The notes beneath the pieces were generated by a model. It did not search any database, was not told where the DNA came from, and was given only the letters and a program-made list of their open reading frames with translations. Of a stretch of DNA of 64,000 nucleotides, positions 1 to 13,641 are shown one piece after another (position 1 is the stretch's first letter; every line of letters begins with the position of its first letter). This DNA comes from Microbotryum violaceum. Taxonomy: Eukaryota. The position numbers and the translations under genes are program-made. The DNA is taken from positions 992,001-1,056,000 of the forward strand of contig CDLV01000008.1 in assembly GCA_001244265.2 (NCBI GenBank), written 5' to 3'.

Positions 1-570
1 GAAGCCACGTCCCCGAGCTCGAAAGCCACATCCTCACCTCCCAAGAAACCGGCCCCAGTCGTCGAAGCCGATGAAGACGAGGACGATGATTCGGACGATT
101 ACGATTCGGATGAGTATACGGATGATGATGGGGATGCGGGGCCTGGTTTGGGCTTTTTGGTTGGTGAGGTGAGTACCGTGGCGGGTTTGGCGATCGGTGT
201 GATCTGGAAGCTGGATGGGGTAGGGTGGGGAGTGAATGGGGTGGGGTGGGGCCCCTGGATTGGCAGCTGCTTGGAAGACGGAAGTGCTGACGTGGCTTTT
301 CCACGAGATCACGGAGCACGGAGCACTTGATTGGATGAAGAACTGATCAGGATATCTCGGATCCCACCACAGGACGCTGAGGACTCTGAAGACGACGAAG
401 ACTGGCAAGCCGGCCCCGACGACTCGGAGGTCGAAGACGAACCCTTGGCCGACGACGATGACGACGATGACAATGCCGCCGCCGCAACGACCGGCAAGGA
501 CAATGGAGCGGCTGCGGCTGCGGAGGAGGAGGAGACACCGAGAAAGAGGAGACGAGTTGCTGTCGAGTAG
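1..570 (+). CDS. 3' end of an acidic low-complexity protein with a C-terminal basic NLS-like motif (5'-partial; intron 169-372)
   Basis: Frame 1 reads ...EADEDEDDDSDDYDSDEY...GLGFLVGE, GTGAGT donor at 169, CAG acceptor at 372, then DAEDSEDDEDW...TPRKRRRVAVE* in frame. Confidence 0.6.
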
Positions 571-847
571 ATCGGCGGTGATCATTTGACCCGACGGAGG
601 TAGACTTCCATTGTCTTGGGTCCCCTGCTAGACAGCCGACTATAGTAGCCGACACGCTTTTGGCTCCGATGTGACGTTGTGATAGATGAACCAAAGCTTT
701 CCCATGACGTAGTACCACTCCTGCTTGTACTGCTCCAACACAATCACGCTTTGGCGAGTGTCTGCCAGAAACAGCTCGATCGAGTCTAGGCTGAACGAAA
801 GAAATGCAAATACATACACAAAGGACATATGCACTAGCACACCTACA

Positions 848-1954
848 TCACCCAAAAAGGTACCACAGCAAACACAATACACATACACCCACGACCGAGC
901 CCATGATGACCGAGTCTCGCCTCTTCCGAGAGTTGATCATCCCAATCACCGAGTTGAGCATCGGTACTTGAGCTGAGCGAGGGAAGATGTCAGGTGAGAG
1001 TAACGAGTGATGCGACTTTTTTTTGTAGAGTAGACTGACCTGCTACTCCATTCATGCGAGCCTGAATGCCCGTCAGTCCGGATCGTTGTGCCGCAAACTC
1101 TTGCCGAGTCGCGTACGCTTGACTGCAAGTCGATATACCGTTCCCCAAGAAGGACCCGTGAGCCAACTAGCTGGCTCATGAGATCACGAGAGGCTATGTC
1201 GACACTCACTTGAGAGTATGCTCGGCCATGCGGTGCGAGTTGTCGATGTGCCCTCGTTCTTGCAGCAATCGATCGGTGACGGAAGAGTTGGTCGACGTTT
1301 TGAACGCGCTGGATCGGATCGCGCGCGTCGGCGTGTGACGTGTCAGAGTCGACTTGTATCGCACCTCGAGCTCGAGACGGGGAGCGATTAGTTTTGCTCA
1401 CCTGATTTCGTCTCGTACAGAACCTAGTAGGTTCGCTCGTTGCTCGGCATCCCTCAAATTTGTCTGTTGGGAGGAGGCGTGGGGCGACGTTCTCAGCTCA
1501 GAAGTTGATGTGTTCCTCAGGCTTGGGCGGGGCGGACGCGTACTTTTGTCCTGGCAAAGTCCTTCCGGTACTCGATCAAGACCTCCCGGTGACGTTCCAA
1601 AGCATGGGTCTGGGTCGCTGAAGGGGGTGGATGTGCTGTCGCGTACAAGCTGGCCAAGCGTTCGATCTGGGCGGTGAACTGTAGGCAGGAGGTCACGTGC
1701 GAGTCGACGATCACAGCTCAGCTCGGACAGAGCACCGACACGACCGCTCGAGAGCGCCGAAGCAAGCTACGCACCGTCTCCAACGAGTGCTCAATCTCGG
1801 TCTCGAGCTCGGTCTTGCGCTGGGCGAGGTCGTCGTTGAGCAAGCCGGACGACGAATAGTTGGTGCTCGTCTGTTGCGCCAAACGACTGTAACGGGTCAG
1901 GAGGGAAGAGACGTGGGCTGTGGTGGTGTGCAGATCTCGCTTGACGGCGTCCAT
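848..1954 (-). CDS. GOS1: Golgi SNARE Gos1/GOSR1, multi-exon
   Basis: MDAVKRDLH...LLTRYSRLAQ, HALERHREVLIEYRKDFARTK, and C-terminal QVPMLNSVIGMINSRKRRDSVIMGSVVGVCVLCLLWYLFG* (KRRD motif plus tail anchor). Confidence 0.88.
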
Positions 1955-2357
1955 GGTGGCGAGGTGCGGTGGGTGGGGGGTCGCTCTGCGGGGCTTGATC
2001 GAGTTGAACGAGTCTACGACGTGTGGTGTGTGCAGGCCAACAAGTCGAGCTCGAGCTGGCCGGTGACAGACCCGGACGCGGTTCGGAACTTGAAGTAATG
2101 CTAGGATGCACAGGGTTTTTTGCTTAATTTTTAAAAATACATACAAATATCCCGTATAGCTACCTGAGTACCTGAGAGAGATTGGTCAAGAGACTTGCAG
2201 TCAGTGTGTATCGATCTCTTGGCAGCGGGTCCGAGCGCGTCAATTCGTGGCGCCGTTTCGGTCACGCGCTCACGTTCGAGCCTCACGTGGCTCGCTGGCC
2301 CAGCGCGCCGTTCTGCACACCACCTCAGCCCAACCGCCGAGCAAACGCCAACTCGTC

Positions 2358-5047
2358 ATGGCCAGTAAAACAGGCGTGTTGTCCAAAGAGGACACCAAGC
2401 AAGAGCACCCCTTACAGGCGATCGTGTTGTGCGCGGGATGGGGCGAGGAGGAGCGGTGGGGGCCGCTCGTGCGACGCCGGCGAACCGATCAGGAGGAGTA
2501 CGACGATCTCCAGGTCGGGGGTGAACAGAGACCGTGGGTCAGTCAAGCTCCAAGACGCTCACAAGTCCTCCGAGACGACGGCCGAACTGAACCCGGACTT
2601 GGAATCGTGTCGCAGTGCTTGCTCCCTCTGCTCGGCTCACCCCTCCTCGCCTGGACGCTCGAGTGCTTGACCGCGAATGGGGTAGAGCAGATCTTTGTCT
2701 TTGTACAAGACGGCGTCGAGCAAGTCAAGGCATGGCTAGCGTGCGTTTCATCGGCGTCGTGCTCACAGCTCGATGGGCTGCTCTGCTCGTCTCTGACCCC
2801 TGCTAAGGCGTCCGTTCTTCCCCTTTGCAGTCAATCCACCTTCCAAAAATCGCAAGCTTCATTCACCATCGTCGTACGGCCGACCAAAGCCGCCACACCC
2901 GGCGACGTCCTCCGCGAAGTCGACTCGTTGCAGATCCTCGCTCCCGCCGATTTCCTCGTCGTGCAAGCCGGTTACGTCGGCAATCTCAATCTCAAGGCCA
3001 AAGTCACACAATTCGCGGCGAGGAGAAAGGCCGATCCGAATATGTGTATGAGCTGCGTGGTTGCACCGGTCGAGACGAGGTCCGTGGACCATGCGACGAC
3101 AATGTCATCGTCAGCTCGAAGAAAGCTGATCTCCCCCTCACCTCCGTCCCTGCGACAGAACTACACCGACCTTTGCTATCCTCGCCATCTCGGGAACTCA
3201 TCAGTTGATGCACTATGAACAATCGCCGTTATTCCCCGCTCTGAGAAAGGCCAAATTGCCGAGGGGAGCACTCGACGGAGGCAAAGAACTGCAAGTCCGA
3301 GCCGACTTGGAAAGTGTCGGCGTCGCCATTTGTTCAGTAGAGGTGAGCACTAACGGCACTCAGACCTCAAGTATCCCTCGCCTGATTGCTGACGAACGTT
3401 CCCATCCCAGGTCCCACCCCTCTTCACGGAGAACTTTGATTACCAAACCTTTTACCCCGATTTCGTCAATGGCATCCTCACCTCGGATCTGCTGGGCAAG
3501 ACGATCGGTGCGACAGTTGTAGGCGAAGATCCGATACTTCCCTTCGACGCTCAGGCGACGAGCGAGACCTCTACAGCGGCAGCATCGACTTCGGGTAGGA
3601 CCCCGGCACCATGGGCTGCCGTGGTGGGCAACACAAAGTCGTACGATGCCATCAGGTGAGCCCGCGACCAAGCCATTTTCTAATCGTTTCGTCGAAAGCT
3701 GACGACCTGCCTTTCCTCAACCAGTCGAGCCATTTTATCCCGGAGAGCTTACCCCTTGGCTCCCGACGAGTCCTTGCCCGAAGCTCGACCTCGCTTCGAG
3801 CAACGTCGAGCCCGAGTCTACTACGGTTCCGACGTCGACCTCTCCCGAACATGCCGCATCACATCAACATCCCTCATCGGCTCCCATGTCGCGATCGGGA
3901 ACGCTTCGCTCGTTCAGAGCTCGGTTCTGGACGAACATGTCCATCTCGGCTCGAATGCAAGTGTGGTTAATTCGTACGTGTTCGAGGGAGCCAATATTGG
4001 TGATCGATGCGTCGTGCAGAACAGTATCATCGGCGAAGACGCTCTTATTGGTGAAAGGTCTGTCATCGAAGGAGGTTGCATGATCGCTGCGGGTGTCACG
4101 ATTGGGGAAGGGTCCATGTTGAGGGCGTGCCGCGTGTCGCTGGAGGAGCCGGAAGAGGAGATCAATGTCGGAGAGAACCACCGTCAGTCCAGCCCCGATC
4201 GTTACCCAGCACTGCTCGAAACATGTTGACGTTTTCGGTGTTTTCCCTTTCAGTTGCACCTGGGTCGACGGGCTACCTATGGCCGACCGAAGATGCCCAA
4301 CTCGCAGCGGACAATCTCACCGACGACGAAGGCGAAGCTACCGATTCTCGCAACCTTTCCCTCACTCGCCTCGGTCGATCCTTATCCCACCTCTCTCTCC
4401 ACTCCACTCTCTCCTCCCTCTCCTCTCTCTCTCGAGCGTCCTCCGCAACTTCCCTCTCCGAACTTGACGAACCGACCGTCGAGATTCAAGGGTTGTCCTC
4501 TCTCGCCGGAGCCACGACGACGACCGACTTCCTCTCCGAATGTCACTCTTCGCTCGAACGTTCCTTCGCCGAGAACCATACGGTCGAGAACGCCGCTATC
4601 GAATTAAAGACCTTGCGAATGGCTTCCAACGTCCCTTTAACGAAAGTGAGACAAGTCGTCATCCCCTTCGTTTTGAAAAATTGTCTCGTCGAAGCCGACA
4701 AGACTCTGATCGTACTCGAAAGGTGGGGAGGCTTGATCGCGAACCTAACGGCCGAACAAGAAGAAGGGATGAAGGATTCGTTATTGATCGCGCAGAGATG
4801 GGTGGCGGAACAAGTTGAGGATGAGAAGGAAGGGATGAGGATGTGGTTGAGGGTCTTGAAGGCGTTTTATGAGACCGATGTCGTCGATGACGAGAGTGTT
4901 TTCGCGTGGTATAAGAGTTTGGAGGCGAGGACTGTTGGAGGCGAAGTGGGGAGAAAGTTGTGGGCCGGGGCAAAACCCTTCTTGGAGGCGATTGCGCAGG
5001 ACAGTGATGAGGACAGTGATGAGGACAGTGATGAGGATGATGAGTAG
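2358..5047 (+). CDS. GCD6: Translation initiation factor eIF2B epsilon subunit, multi-exon
   Basis: EHPLQAIVL, CLLPL...TLECL NTP-transferase-like N-terminus; left-handed beta-helix hexapeptide repeats (3850-4140); W2 domain (ERSFAENHTVENAAIELKTLRMASN, AFYETDVVDDESVFAWY); acidic DSDE tail. Confidence 0.93.
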
Positions 5048-5287
5048 AGGGTTGGAGGCTTCTTCACTTTGCTCTGCCAAATGCCCCAGTCTTCTTCACA
5101 ATAAACGAAGACGCGTCCGGGGGCTCCGATGATAGTAATTTCAGCACGACTGGTCAAGTCCTACGCTACAAGATTAGGTGAAGGAGAGACGATGAGCAAC
5201 GAGGGTTGCGTGTATAAGTTGGTTGTATTATGTAGTCAGCGAGAGCTTCCGGTCATAATCCTCAGCAGCCTTCCATCAGCGAAAGTT

Positions 5288-7947
5288 TCACATAGCCACA
5301 CCATACTGATCCCTATCCGCCTGCTGATACTCGACGTAACCCCTCTGGCTCAATCCAGCCTGATTCGGACCATGCTGTTGCTGATGTTGTTGCGACGCGG
5401 GACTAAGCGGTAAAGTCGTCTTGCGCACTGTTCTCCCACCCCGTTGCCCCACCGAAGGAGGGAGCGAATCCTGTCGCATCGGAACGACGTGACGATCACT
5501 TTCCCTATAAGCCGCCTCGGTTTCATGAGCCCCTTCCTTATTCTCCGCCGACACGAAAGGTAGATTCTCAATACCCTTCTCCCCCATCGACATCGAATGC
5601 GACCCATCGTCCCTCCCGCTTCGACTCGCACCATCCGTACCACGAGTCCTCTTGGAAGAAGCCTGGAACGCATTATCGATATCAAAGCCGGGTTTCTTCT
5701 TCTTCCCCATCGAAGACGATCGGGTACCCGGTCGTCCGAGGATGAAGTCAATCGTGAATACGATGCCGTGCCATCCGGCTCGGAAGAAATCGGCTGTTGA
5801 AGTGGACGTAGATTGTGGAGGGGTCAGGGGGGTGGCGCTTTCTTGACTTGGAGCGTGAAGCAGTGAGGCCAGGGTTGAACTCACCATAATTGAACGAATG
5901 TAGTAAGGCCTTGAAGACGGAGGTGTGAGGTTGACCCGGTGCGCGAGCTTCCTTGTAAGGCTTCCATGAAAACGCCCAGAGGAAGACGGCGGAGAAGATC
6001 ACCATCTGTACAGGGACACAAAACTCAGCACCGAGGGAGAAAATTATCGAGATCTGGGAAGATGTTGAACCCACCTCGCAGCAGGTACAAAGCGCAGCCA
6101 ATCCATCAGCAATGTTCGCAGCAGTCCAGTACTCTGTTGCCTTGATCACGCCATGACTTTGCAAGACGGAGAAGATGAAAACTTGGTAAAAGGTAACTGT
6201 TCGAAAAATATACCCGTCGTTAGCGAAGAATGTTGGGCTAGCGGGGAACGCTGGGCTAGATACGAGAGCGTGACTCACTCATGACGATGCCCTTAATTGC
6301 CAAGAACTTGGCGAGCGGTTTTTTGCCTGCTAGGCGTTCCTTGACTAGGCCGTAAAAGAGGATCAAGCCGTATAAAGCCACGCTGCACAATGACAAGAGA
6401 CAAGGTCAGTTACGCTGACACTGTCTGAGGAGAGAGAAAGGAAGAGAGAGAAGGAGGGGTTACCGACGTACGAAATGGATATAAAGTCGAAACCTGCAAG
6501 CACGTGAGGGTCAGGACCGTCTCGCAATAAGTACCTAGAAACTTGGATGACGTACTATCGAGGTACACTGAGGCATAGTAAATGGAATATTGTGTCGGAC
6601 AGAGCACCGAAAAAGCTACAGCGCGATGAAGCAGATGTTAGCTTCGGCGCAGCACTTGGCTTCGATCAGGAGACCGACCTTGACAGATGATGCCCGTAAT
6701 CGAGATGACGGGTCGGAAAATGGAGTCTGCAAGCACGCGGAACCTCTCCCAGGGTCAGAACTGCTTCAAAATCCCGTCCTGAACAAAATTGCCGCAACTC
6801 GCATTGTAGCACCGACCACTTGAGCGCGTGCAAGAAGTAAGGCTTTGAAGGGCGGTAACGCCAGCAACAAAAGGGGACCATCTGTTCCCCCAGTGATACG
6901 AACAGCGATGTCAGCTACGACACCCTGATAAGACGTCGGATCGGTATCCACCTCACTCACGAGTTTTTTCTTTTCCTTCTCGAGTAAAGCTTCCCTTTGC
7001 TCGTCCGTACTGTCGCCGATGTATTGGAGCAAGAGCATCAAGAACGCGGCCAGCTGCAAATGGAGTTTCGATCGTAGGCTGTCAGCACATGTCCTCTTCG
7101 CGTGGGTTCTCGTTTCAGATGCCATGGACATACGACAATGGACTCGTAGATGACGACAATCAACTGATAGTACGTATAGTCGCGGAACCTGTGAAGCAGG
7201 AGCTCGGCGTGAGAATCATACATGAACCAGTGCCCTTAGTATACACGGAGGATGAACCGACCATCGGTAAGAGCAAAAAGAGATGATACTGTAAACGGCG
7301 GGCATGAAGAGAATACGGATGATTTGACGTTGTTCTCTTGGGACCTGGTGGGATGAAAGAAGGGCCGGTCAGCATGTATCGCTGTGGAGTGCCACCCTCG
7401 TCTCGGCTGCTGATGCTCGTGCGGCCGAGATTTGCAGTGAGAGTCGCTGGAGGCTGGACTGGGCGAAGTGCACGTACGTAGTAGTTCCTCGCGTGGAAGA
7501 AGACACTGATCAACGTGACGACCGTTGACTGCGTGATCAGAATCGATGGGTAGCTATCATTACCATTAGCATGCTGGTCTTCACATGATCGCTTTCCTGT
7601 TCTCAGCACCCCGTGTTCCGATCGAGGAGTGAGTTACGTACGACCGCAGCGGCTACACCAGCAATGAGCCATCCAATCTCATGTGCATCCCATCTGTACA
7701 ACTCAAAAGAGACGAGTCAGTACATTGACGTGAAGCGTGGCCGGTCCGTTTCTTGATCGTATTCAGCTGCAGCCCGTAGCCCGTAGCCCAACTCCAGCCA
7801 GCCTTCCCACGGCCGAACGTTCGGAGATGCGCCGACACGCCTCGACGACTGATTCAGATGGCCGGGAACGCACCGTCCATCCCAGAAATTACTCTGTTCC
7901 AACGCCGACGTATTCTCGGCCGGACACGTCCGGTTCGTCAAGACCAT
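5288..7947 (-). CDS. Organic solute transporter OST-alpha / TMEM184 family membrane protein, many exons
   Basis: MVLTNRTCPAEN, HARNYY, QRQIIRILFMPAVYSIISF, YESIV, PFCCWRYRPSKPYFLHALKWSVLQ, KPLAKFLAIKGIV, TFYQVFIFSVLQ, ALCTCCE.MVIFS: DUF300 motifs. Confidence 0.88.
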
Positions 7948-8621
7948 CCTTGAGGTCGCGTGTGCAGGTGGGAGCGGTACGCAAGAAGGGACGCTCAAGC
8001 TCCGACGTCAACGTTGCGCAGTGCTCGCCTCGCCTCTTGGCCGCAGTCGTGCTGGCGCTAAGGCGCGCGGTCGACGATGATTGGTTCCTGGGGCCTGGGG
8101 TCCGAACGCGAACAGGCAGCAGCCGTCGACTTGCACCGCTGGATCGCTAGCCGACGAGGCAGCCTGTAGGCCGTGTGAGATTCGACTTGGAGTGCAGAGA
8201 ACGAGCGGTGGGGTTCAAGTAAATCAACGAAAGGCAGCGACAGCTAATCAGGATGAAGATGTGAGAGGAGGCGACTTGCAGGGCGGCCCGAACGCCAAGA
8301 TCGCGTCGGTTCAGCATGTACTGCTAATGCCGATGATTGGTTACGGTGATTTTGTTCGGGCTCAAAAATAGATTACGCCTGCTCGGCTCACGACGCGCGC
8401 CGCCTCTTGGCATGTTGATACCGATGGCGCAGCAACATTTTAAGGGACGGTGCAATTAAGTCGTGTATAAAATTAACAGCCAACCGAATGGCCAAAGGGA
8501 ATAAACACTTAGATAGTAGTGGGTGATAATAAAATAGAGCCGGCACTTCGAAGCTTCGACCGCTTCAACCTTGAGCCTTCAACGTCCTCCTTCTCTGCGT
8601 CTGAACACCCACCTTTAACGC

Positions 8622-9764
8622 TTATGGTTGACCCAGTACGGGAGCAGCCTGATCCAACACAGCCTTCCTCGTCGCATCGTTCTCCTCTTTCACAGCCATG
8701 ACCTGTTCGAGCGTCGCTTTCTTATTATCCCTCAACGCTGTCAGCCTCGCGTGGTCCTCCTTTTTGACATCCAATTGTTCAGTCAACATCGTCAAGTTGG
8801 TCAACGAGGCGTCGTGTTTGGCCTGGGCTTGGGTTAAGGCATTATGGTGCTTGACTTCCTTGAGCTTGGCCTGGTGGAGTTGGGTGCCAGAGGACCGAGT
8901 CTCAGCTTGGGGCCAGGAACGGGGCATACGCGTAAAGTCGCGGAGAAGAACTGACCTTGTCAACCTTCTTCTGAAGCTTGGAGAGTTCCTGAAACACCAA
9001 AACTTGGAGGATCAGAATCAAGCCAACAGCATCGACCGCCACAAAGGGGAGCTGACCTTTGCCGCCCTGGCCGCCTTCTTGATTTTGGACTCGGCATCCT
9101 TCTCAACCACCTTGAGTTGCTTGACGTCCTTCTTCCCTTCCTTCTTCACCACCTTTTCAATCTGCCCATGTGCAAAACAAGAACGATTGTCAGTATTAAC
9201 AAGAGCGCACCGCTCGAGATTCGGAACAGGTCTCGTGACCTCGCACGATTCGGATGTCACACTCGACTCTCGCCGTGCCTTGTGTGCCGCCACCGTGACT
9301 GACCTTCTTGAAATCCTTTTGCTTGGCCTCATGTTCCTTCAAATCGCTCACCGAAACAACCGGGGCGCTTGAAGCAGCTGCAGCGGGCTAGAGTCACACA
9401 GAAGGCGGACAGAAGCGCGTGAATATAATGAACGTTGGGCCAGGAACGACGTCATCGAATCGGAAGTCCGGCGCGCGACCCAAGCTGGGCAAGTTTGATC
9501 GACCGTGTTGACCGCTAATCATTCTCATGGGAGGACACGTACGGTGGCTGTGGTGGCGGCGGGTGTTGCAACACTAGTTTGAGTGGCTTCGGATATGGGG
9601 GCGCTGCGAGCTTTCTCCGTGTAGGCTTTGGAAGAGACGGTCAAGAAGGGGTGGCAAGTCAAGGTGCTGGAAGGGGTCAGCTTGGAGTCGGAAGTGTTCA
9701 AGTAGGACTCACTGGGGGATCGGGAAACACCAGCAGCTGCGTTGACGGGGAGGACGGTAGTCAT
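8622..9764 (-). CDS. Lys/Ala-rich coiled-coil protein resembling basidiomycete Ncp1-like DNA-binding proteins, multi-exon
   Basis: Exons MTTVLPVNAAAG..., KEHEAKQKDFKK, IEKVVKKEGKKDVKQLKVVEKDAESKIKKAARAAK, HQAKLKEVKHHNALTQAQAKHDASLTNL...GQP*. Family assignment is from recalled resemblance only. Confidence 0.6.
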
Positions 9765-9890
9765 AGTGATTCTAAGTGGAATCGGTGGTTTGACCAAGAC
9801 GTTATAGACGTGAGCACGGTTTATGCAGGTGGGAAGAAGGCAAACCCTTCAAGTGTGAATCTCCGAGAGCACAAGTGCTCAAAAGGGTCG

Positions 9891-9920
9891 CTGGGCCAGG
9901 CTGGGCCAGGCTGGGCCCAG
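9891..9920. repeat. Tandem 10-mer (CTGGGCCAGG) x~3 upstream of the Ncp1-like gene
   Basis: ctgggccagg ctgggccagg ctgggcccag seen directly. Confidence 0.8.
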
Positions 9921-11170
9921 AACTGCTCGGAAGACGAGATCGCCCAGGCCAAATTGGGGTTGAATGACTTGGGCCCTGAATAACAATATTCTCGATTTCA
10001 ATGATCGAAGTCATGTCTCCGATCTCGTCTCGGTCAAGTTTACTTGTCTTTGGACCTGCAGCCTCCTTAATATGTGATTACTCGCTTTGTCACTGCCCAA
10101 TATATACCGACTTGGGCTCAGCTTCGGCGCCCGGTTCAACTCGACAAGCATTCGATCGAAGCGAGCGTCCGCGGCGCATGGCAATATTAATGGAGATTTT
10201 TGACGCGCTCTCATAGACTTCCTTAGCTTGCCGAGCATGCAGCACCGGTCACCCTTTCCGCAAGTACAGAAATCTACAGGGAACGGAGTAGCCTCCTTCT
10301 CAGCAAAAGATGTCCAAAGGTCTGCGATCGTGTTGCGGCGTCGGAAAAGTGTGCTCGAGCAAACTCTTCACCGCGGACTCGGCGTTGGCCAGCCCGAGCT
10401 CCGAGTATTCTCTGATCCGGACCTCACGATGGCGGAGAATCCCACTGCTACGAACATCGTTTATAAAGTATTGTCGATCACGATGTGAACCTCAGATCAT
10501 GTAGTCGATGTATTGTGTTTCAACCGAGATGGGGGCTGAACCCTCCACTGCAAAACTTTACCCGGCCGGCCGCCGCCGCTGTTCTTGGGGTATCAGCCCA
10601 GCGCAATAAGGCGCAATTTGCGATTTCAACCCTAGTCGCGAAGTTCATATTAATACGATCGCGCGCTTTTTGGTTTCGGTCGCCCCGGCGTCGGGAGTGA
10701 GTTAGTGCGTCGGGTCGGTCGGCGGCGTGGCCGATGTTCGTTTAGACGGTTTTCATCTCTCTCTTTGCCTTGGTCTCGAATCCGACGCAGCTTGATATTT
10801 GCTTTCACCCGTTTCAATCGCTTCCTTCGTCCACTCGACTCTTTCAACAACGAATTAAATCCCGACTTGAAGCTCAGCTCACAACTCCCCCCCTCCGAGC
10901 AGCGAACCAGACACGCACCTTTGACCGTCGCCGCTGGCCACCCGCTGGCCCGACTGAGGCCGCTCCCCTTGTTTGGTCAATTCTCACACGCCTCTCCCGC
11001 TTCTAAACCCGACCCCGGCCTGTGACCCAGCACGACCGTTCTCCCGCGCCGTTCCTACTTGGAACCCTATCAACGTTGCCGAACGCAGGGTTCGTTACCA
11101 GCGCCAGCACCTACTCCACCACACCCCATAAAACCCCCCGCTTGGATCCCCTTCTGTGCGACGACTTGGA

Positions 11171-12945
11171 ATGGCATCGTCAGCCGCTCGGTTCCTGAGG
11201 GAGTACAAGGTCCGTTCACGATCCATCACACCAACTGTCGCCTCCTGTCCTAGGAGGCACTACATGTCCAGTCTGAGGAGCGAGTTGGCGAGTTACCAGA
11301 TCGGGGAACGATACCCGATGTAGGCGGCGTGTTACACATCACGCCCCTCCGCCGCCGCCGCCGAGTCGAGCGTGTGATCACCGACCCACCTTTCCCCCCT
11401 CCCCTCCCGTCCCAGGGGACGAGGTTCGAGCGCCTCGATGCGGGCGTGTGCGCAGACGCAGTTTCCCGACTAGCGCACACACGCGCGCGGCGGATTTAGA
11501 CTGAAGCGGATGTCTCACACCAGCTCAGAAGCGGTGGGATCATTTTCCTCGATCCGAGCATGAAGGGCATATATCCGTTATGGGGGTCAACAATTGCGTC
11601 GCGTTGTGGGGATCTCGATCACTGATCAGTATCCCGCTTCAATTACGGCTGCCCCTTCTCACAGCTCGTCGTGGTCGGAGGTGGTGGTGTCGGAAAGAGT
11701 GCCTTGACAATTCGTGAGTCGGTGGGTATCCCGCTTCCCTCGGTCACAGGTACACTTGGCTCATATCTAGTCGTCTTTACAAATCACCAGAATTCATCCA
11801 GTGCGTACCGAACCGGCGAGACTCTACAACCTGACCGCATGAAATTGGCAAACTGATCTCAAAAGTGTGGTGGCTTGAATGCGGGTTGGGCACCAGATCG
11901 CATTTCGTCGACGAGTATGACCCGACAGTGCGTATCGTCCTAGACCAAACTCGGTTCAACCGCAGAGACTGACCTCGTGGCCCGACCCCTCTTTCCGTTC
12001 TCCCCAGATTGAGGACTCGTACCGGAAACAGTGTGTGATCGACGAGGAGGTCGCTTTGCTCGATGTACTGGATACCGCAGGACAAGAGGAGTACTCGTAC
12101 GTTGGTCACTATCAGTTCGGCTTCAATAAGATGGGGGAGACCAGGATGCGGCGGCATGTCAGGGGAGGACAAAGGGGATCCGTGGAATCCGGACGAGAGT
12201 GTGGGGAGGGCAGAAGATCGAGCGGGAAGGGGAACAGAGCAGGCAAGAATTCATCGAGAAAGATCAGAAGGCGCTGACGGGACACTTCTTGTTCCGCTCA
12301 ACAGTGCTATGCGTGAACAGTACATGCGGACCGGGGAGGGGTTTCTGCTCGTCTACTCGATCACATCCCGCAACTCGTTCGACGAAATTGGGACGTTTCA
12401 CCAACAGATCCTGCGTGAGTTGGGACTGTGCGAATGGGACATGCGGGGCTTGGGCTGAACCGAATGGGATACGTTTTACGTGACGCAGGTGTCAAGGACA
12501 AGGATTCCTTCCCGGTGATCCTGGTGGCCAACAAGTGCGATCTCGAATACGAGCGACAGGTAGATTCGCAGGGTGAGCTTTGAGCACGAAACGATTGGCA
12601 ATAGCCTCGATGGGGATCTTTCGCTGACGCACAAGTCGATCTTACAGAGGGCCGAGATTTGGCGAAGCAGGTTGGGTGCCGCTTCATCGAGACATCTGCG
12701 AAGCAACGATTAAACGTCGAGGAGGCCTTTTCAAACCTGGTTCGCGAGATTCGAAAGTACAACAAGGTGCGTCGTCGAATCAAGTGTTGCGTTGTTTTGA
12801 AGTATGCTTGAGACTTATGCCGCAGTTTTGCTTCGTATAGGAACAAGCCGCAGGTCGACCAGGGGCACCTCAGAACGGGGCGGGCCATTTCGAGAGTGAC
12901 GACAAGCAATCGGCGGGGTGCTGTGGTGGTTGCGTGATCCTCTAG
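11171..12945 (+). CDS. RAS1: Ras small GTPase (Ras1-type), multi-exon
   Basis: [52 protein letters not shown]...[26 protein letters not shown]...NKCDL...ETSAK...GCCGGCVIL* (G1-G5 boxes, CAAX). Confidence 0.96.
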
Positions 12946-13519
12946 TGCGTTGTTGCGTCGTTTTTCTTTCTTTTTGGGTGGTATTTTGCCGTTTTTTTCT
13001 CCTACTCCTTTTATCTCTGTGTGTGTGTGTGATCCACCTCCCCCAGTTCGTCCTTTTTTCATCTTCTTTCTGTTTGGTTACCAGGACGTTTCCCCAACCC
13101 CCTTTTTTTAGTATACCCTCTTGCTTCCTCACCTACTCGACTACCTACTACCTATCTAGCTACAACTACTACCCCGCACCCCTCCCTCTTACGAATAGAC
13201 GGTGTGGGTTCGAAACGAAGAATGACCTCGCAAACTTCTGGCCAATCTCGCTCTTGTCTCCGAGTCGTTTCCCTTCTCTTCTGCTTACGCTAATGAACTC
13301 CCATGGGGGTTTCTTCGGCTAATGTCGGGGCCTACCAAGGAAGAAGTTATCTATCAAGCGCCAGATTTCTTCAGCGGTCCAAACGCACGTTTCTCCGCTC
13401 TCGGGGGCGATCGCTTTTGATCGATCTCGCCATCGATAAGACTCGTGCGCTCGGCCGGGATTCCGCACCTCGCACCCTCGGCTCTTTGATCTCTGCTCCT
13501 GACTTCTCCTCGACTCGGT

Positions 13520-13586
13520 CCCTGATCCCTGATCCCCGATCCCTGATCCCCGATCCCTGATCCCCGATCCCTGATCCCTGATCCCT
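13520..13586. repeat. Heptamer tandem repeat (CCCYGAT) x9.5 just upstream of the PFK start
   Basis: CCCTGAT and CCCCGAT units read directly. Confidence 0.92.
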
Positions 13587-13641
13587 ACACTTGGCCTACC
13601 AGACCGACTTTTCCGCTCCCGCTCGACCTCAATCAAGCGCA

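Noticed and set aside
10650-11025. Arg-rich short ORFs upstream of RAS
   Set aside because: Non-ATG starts in pyrimidine-rich promoter/UTR sequence; no coding signal.
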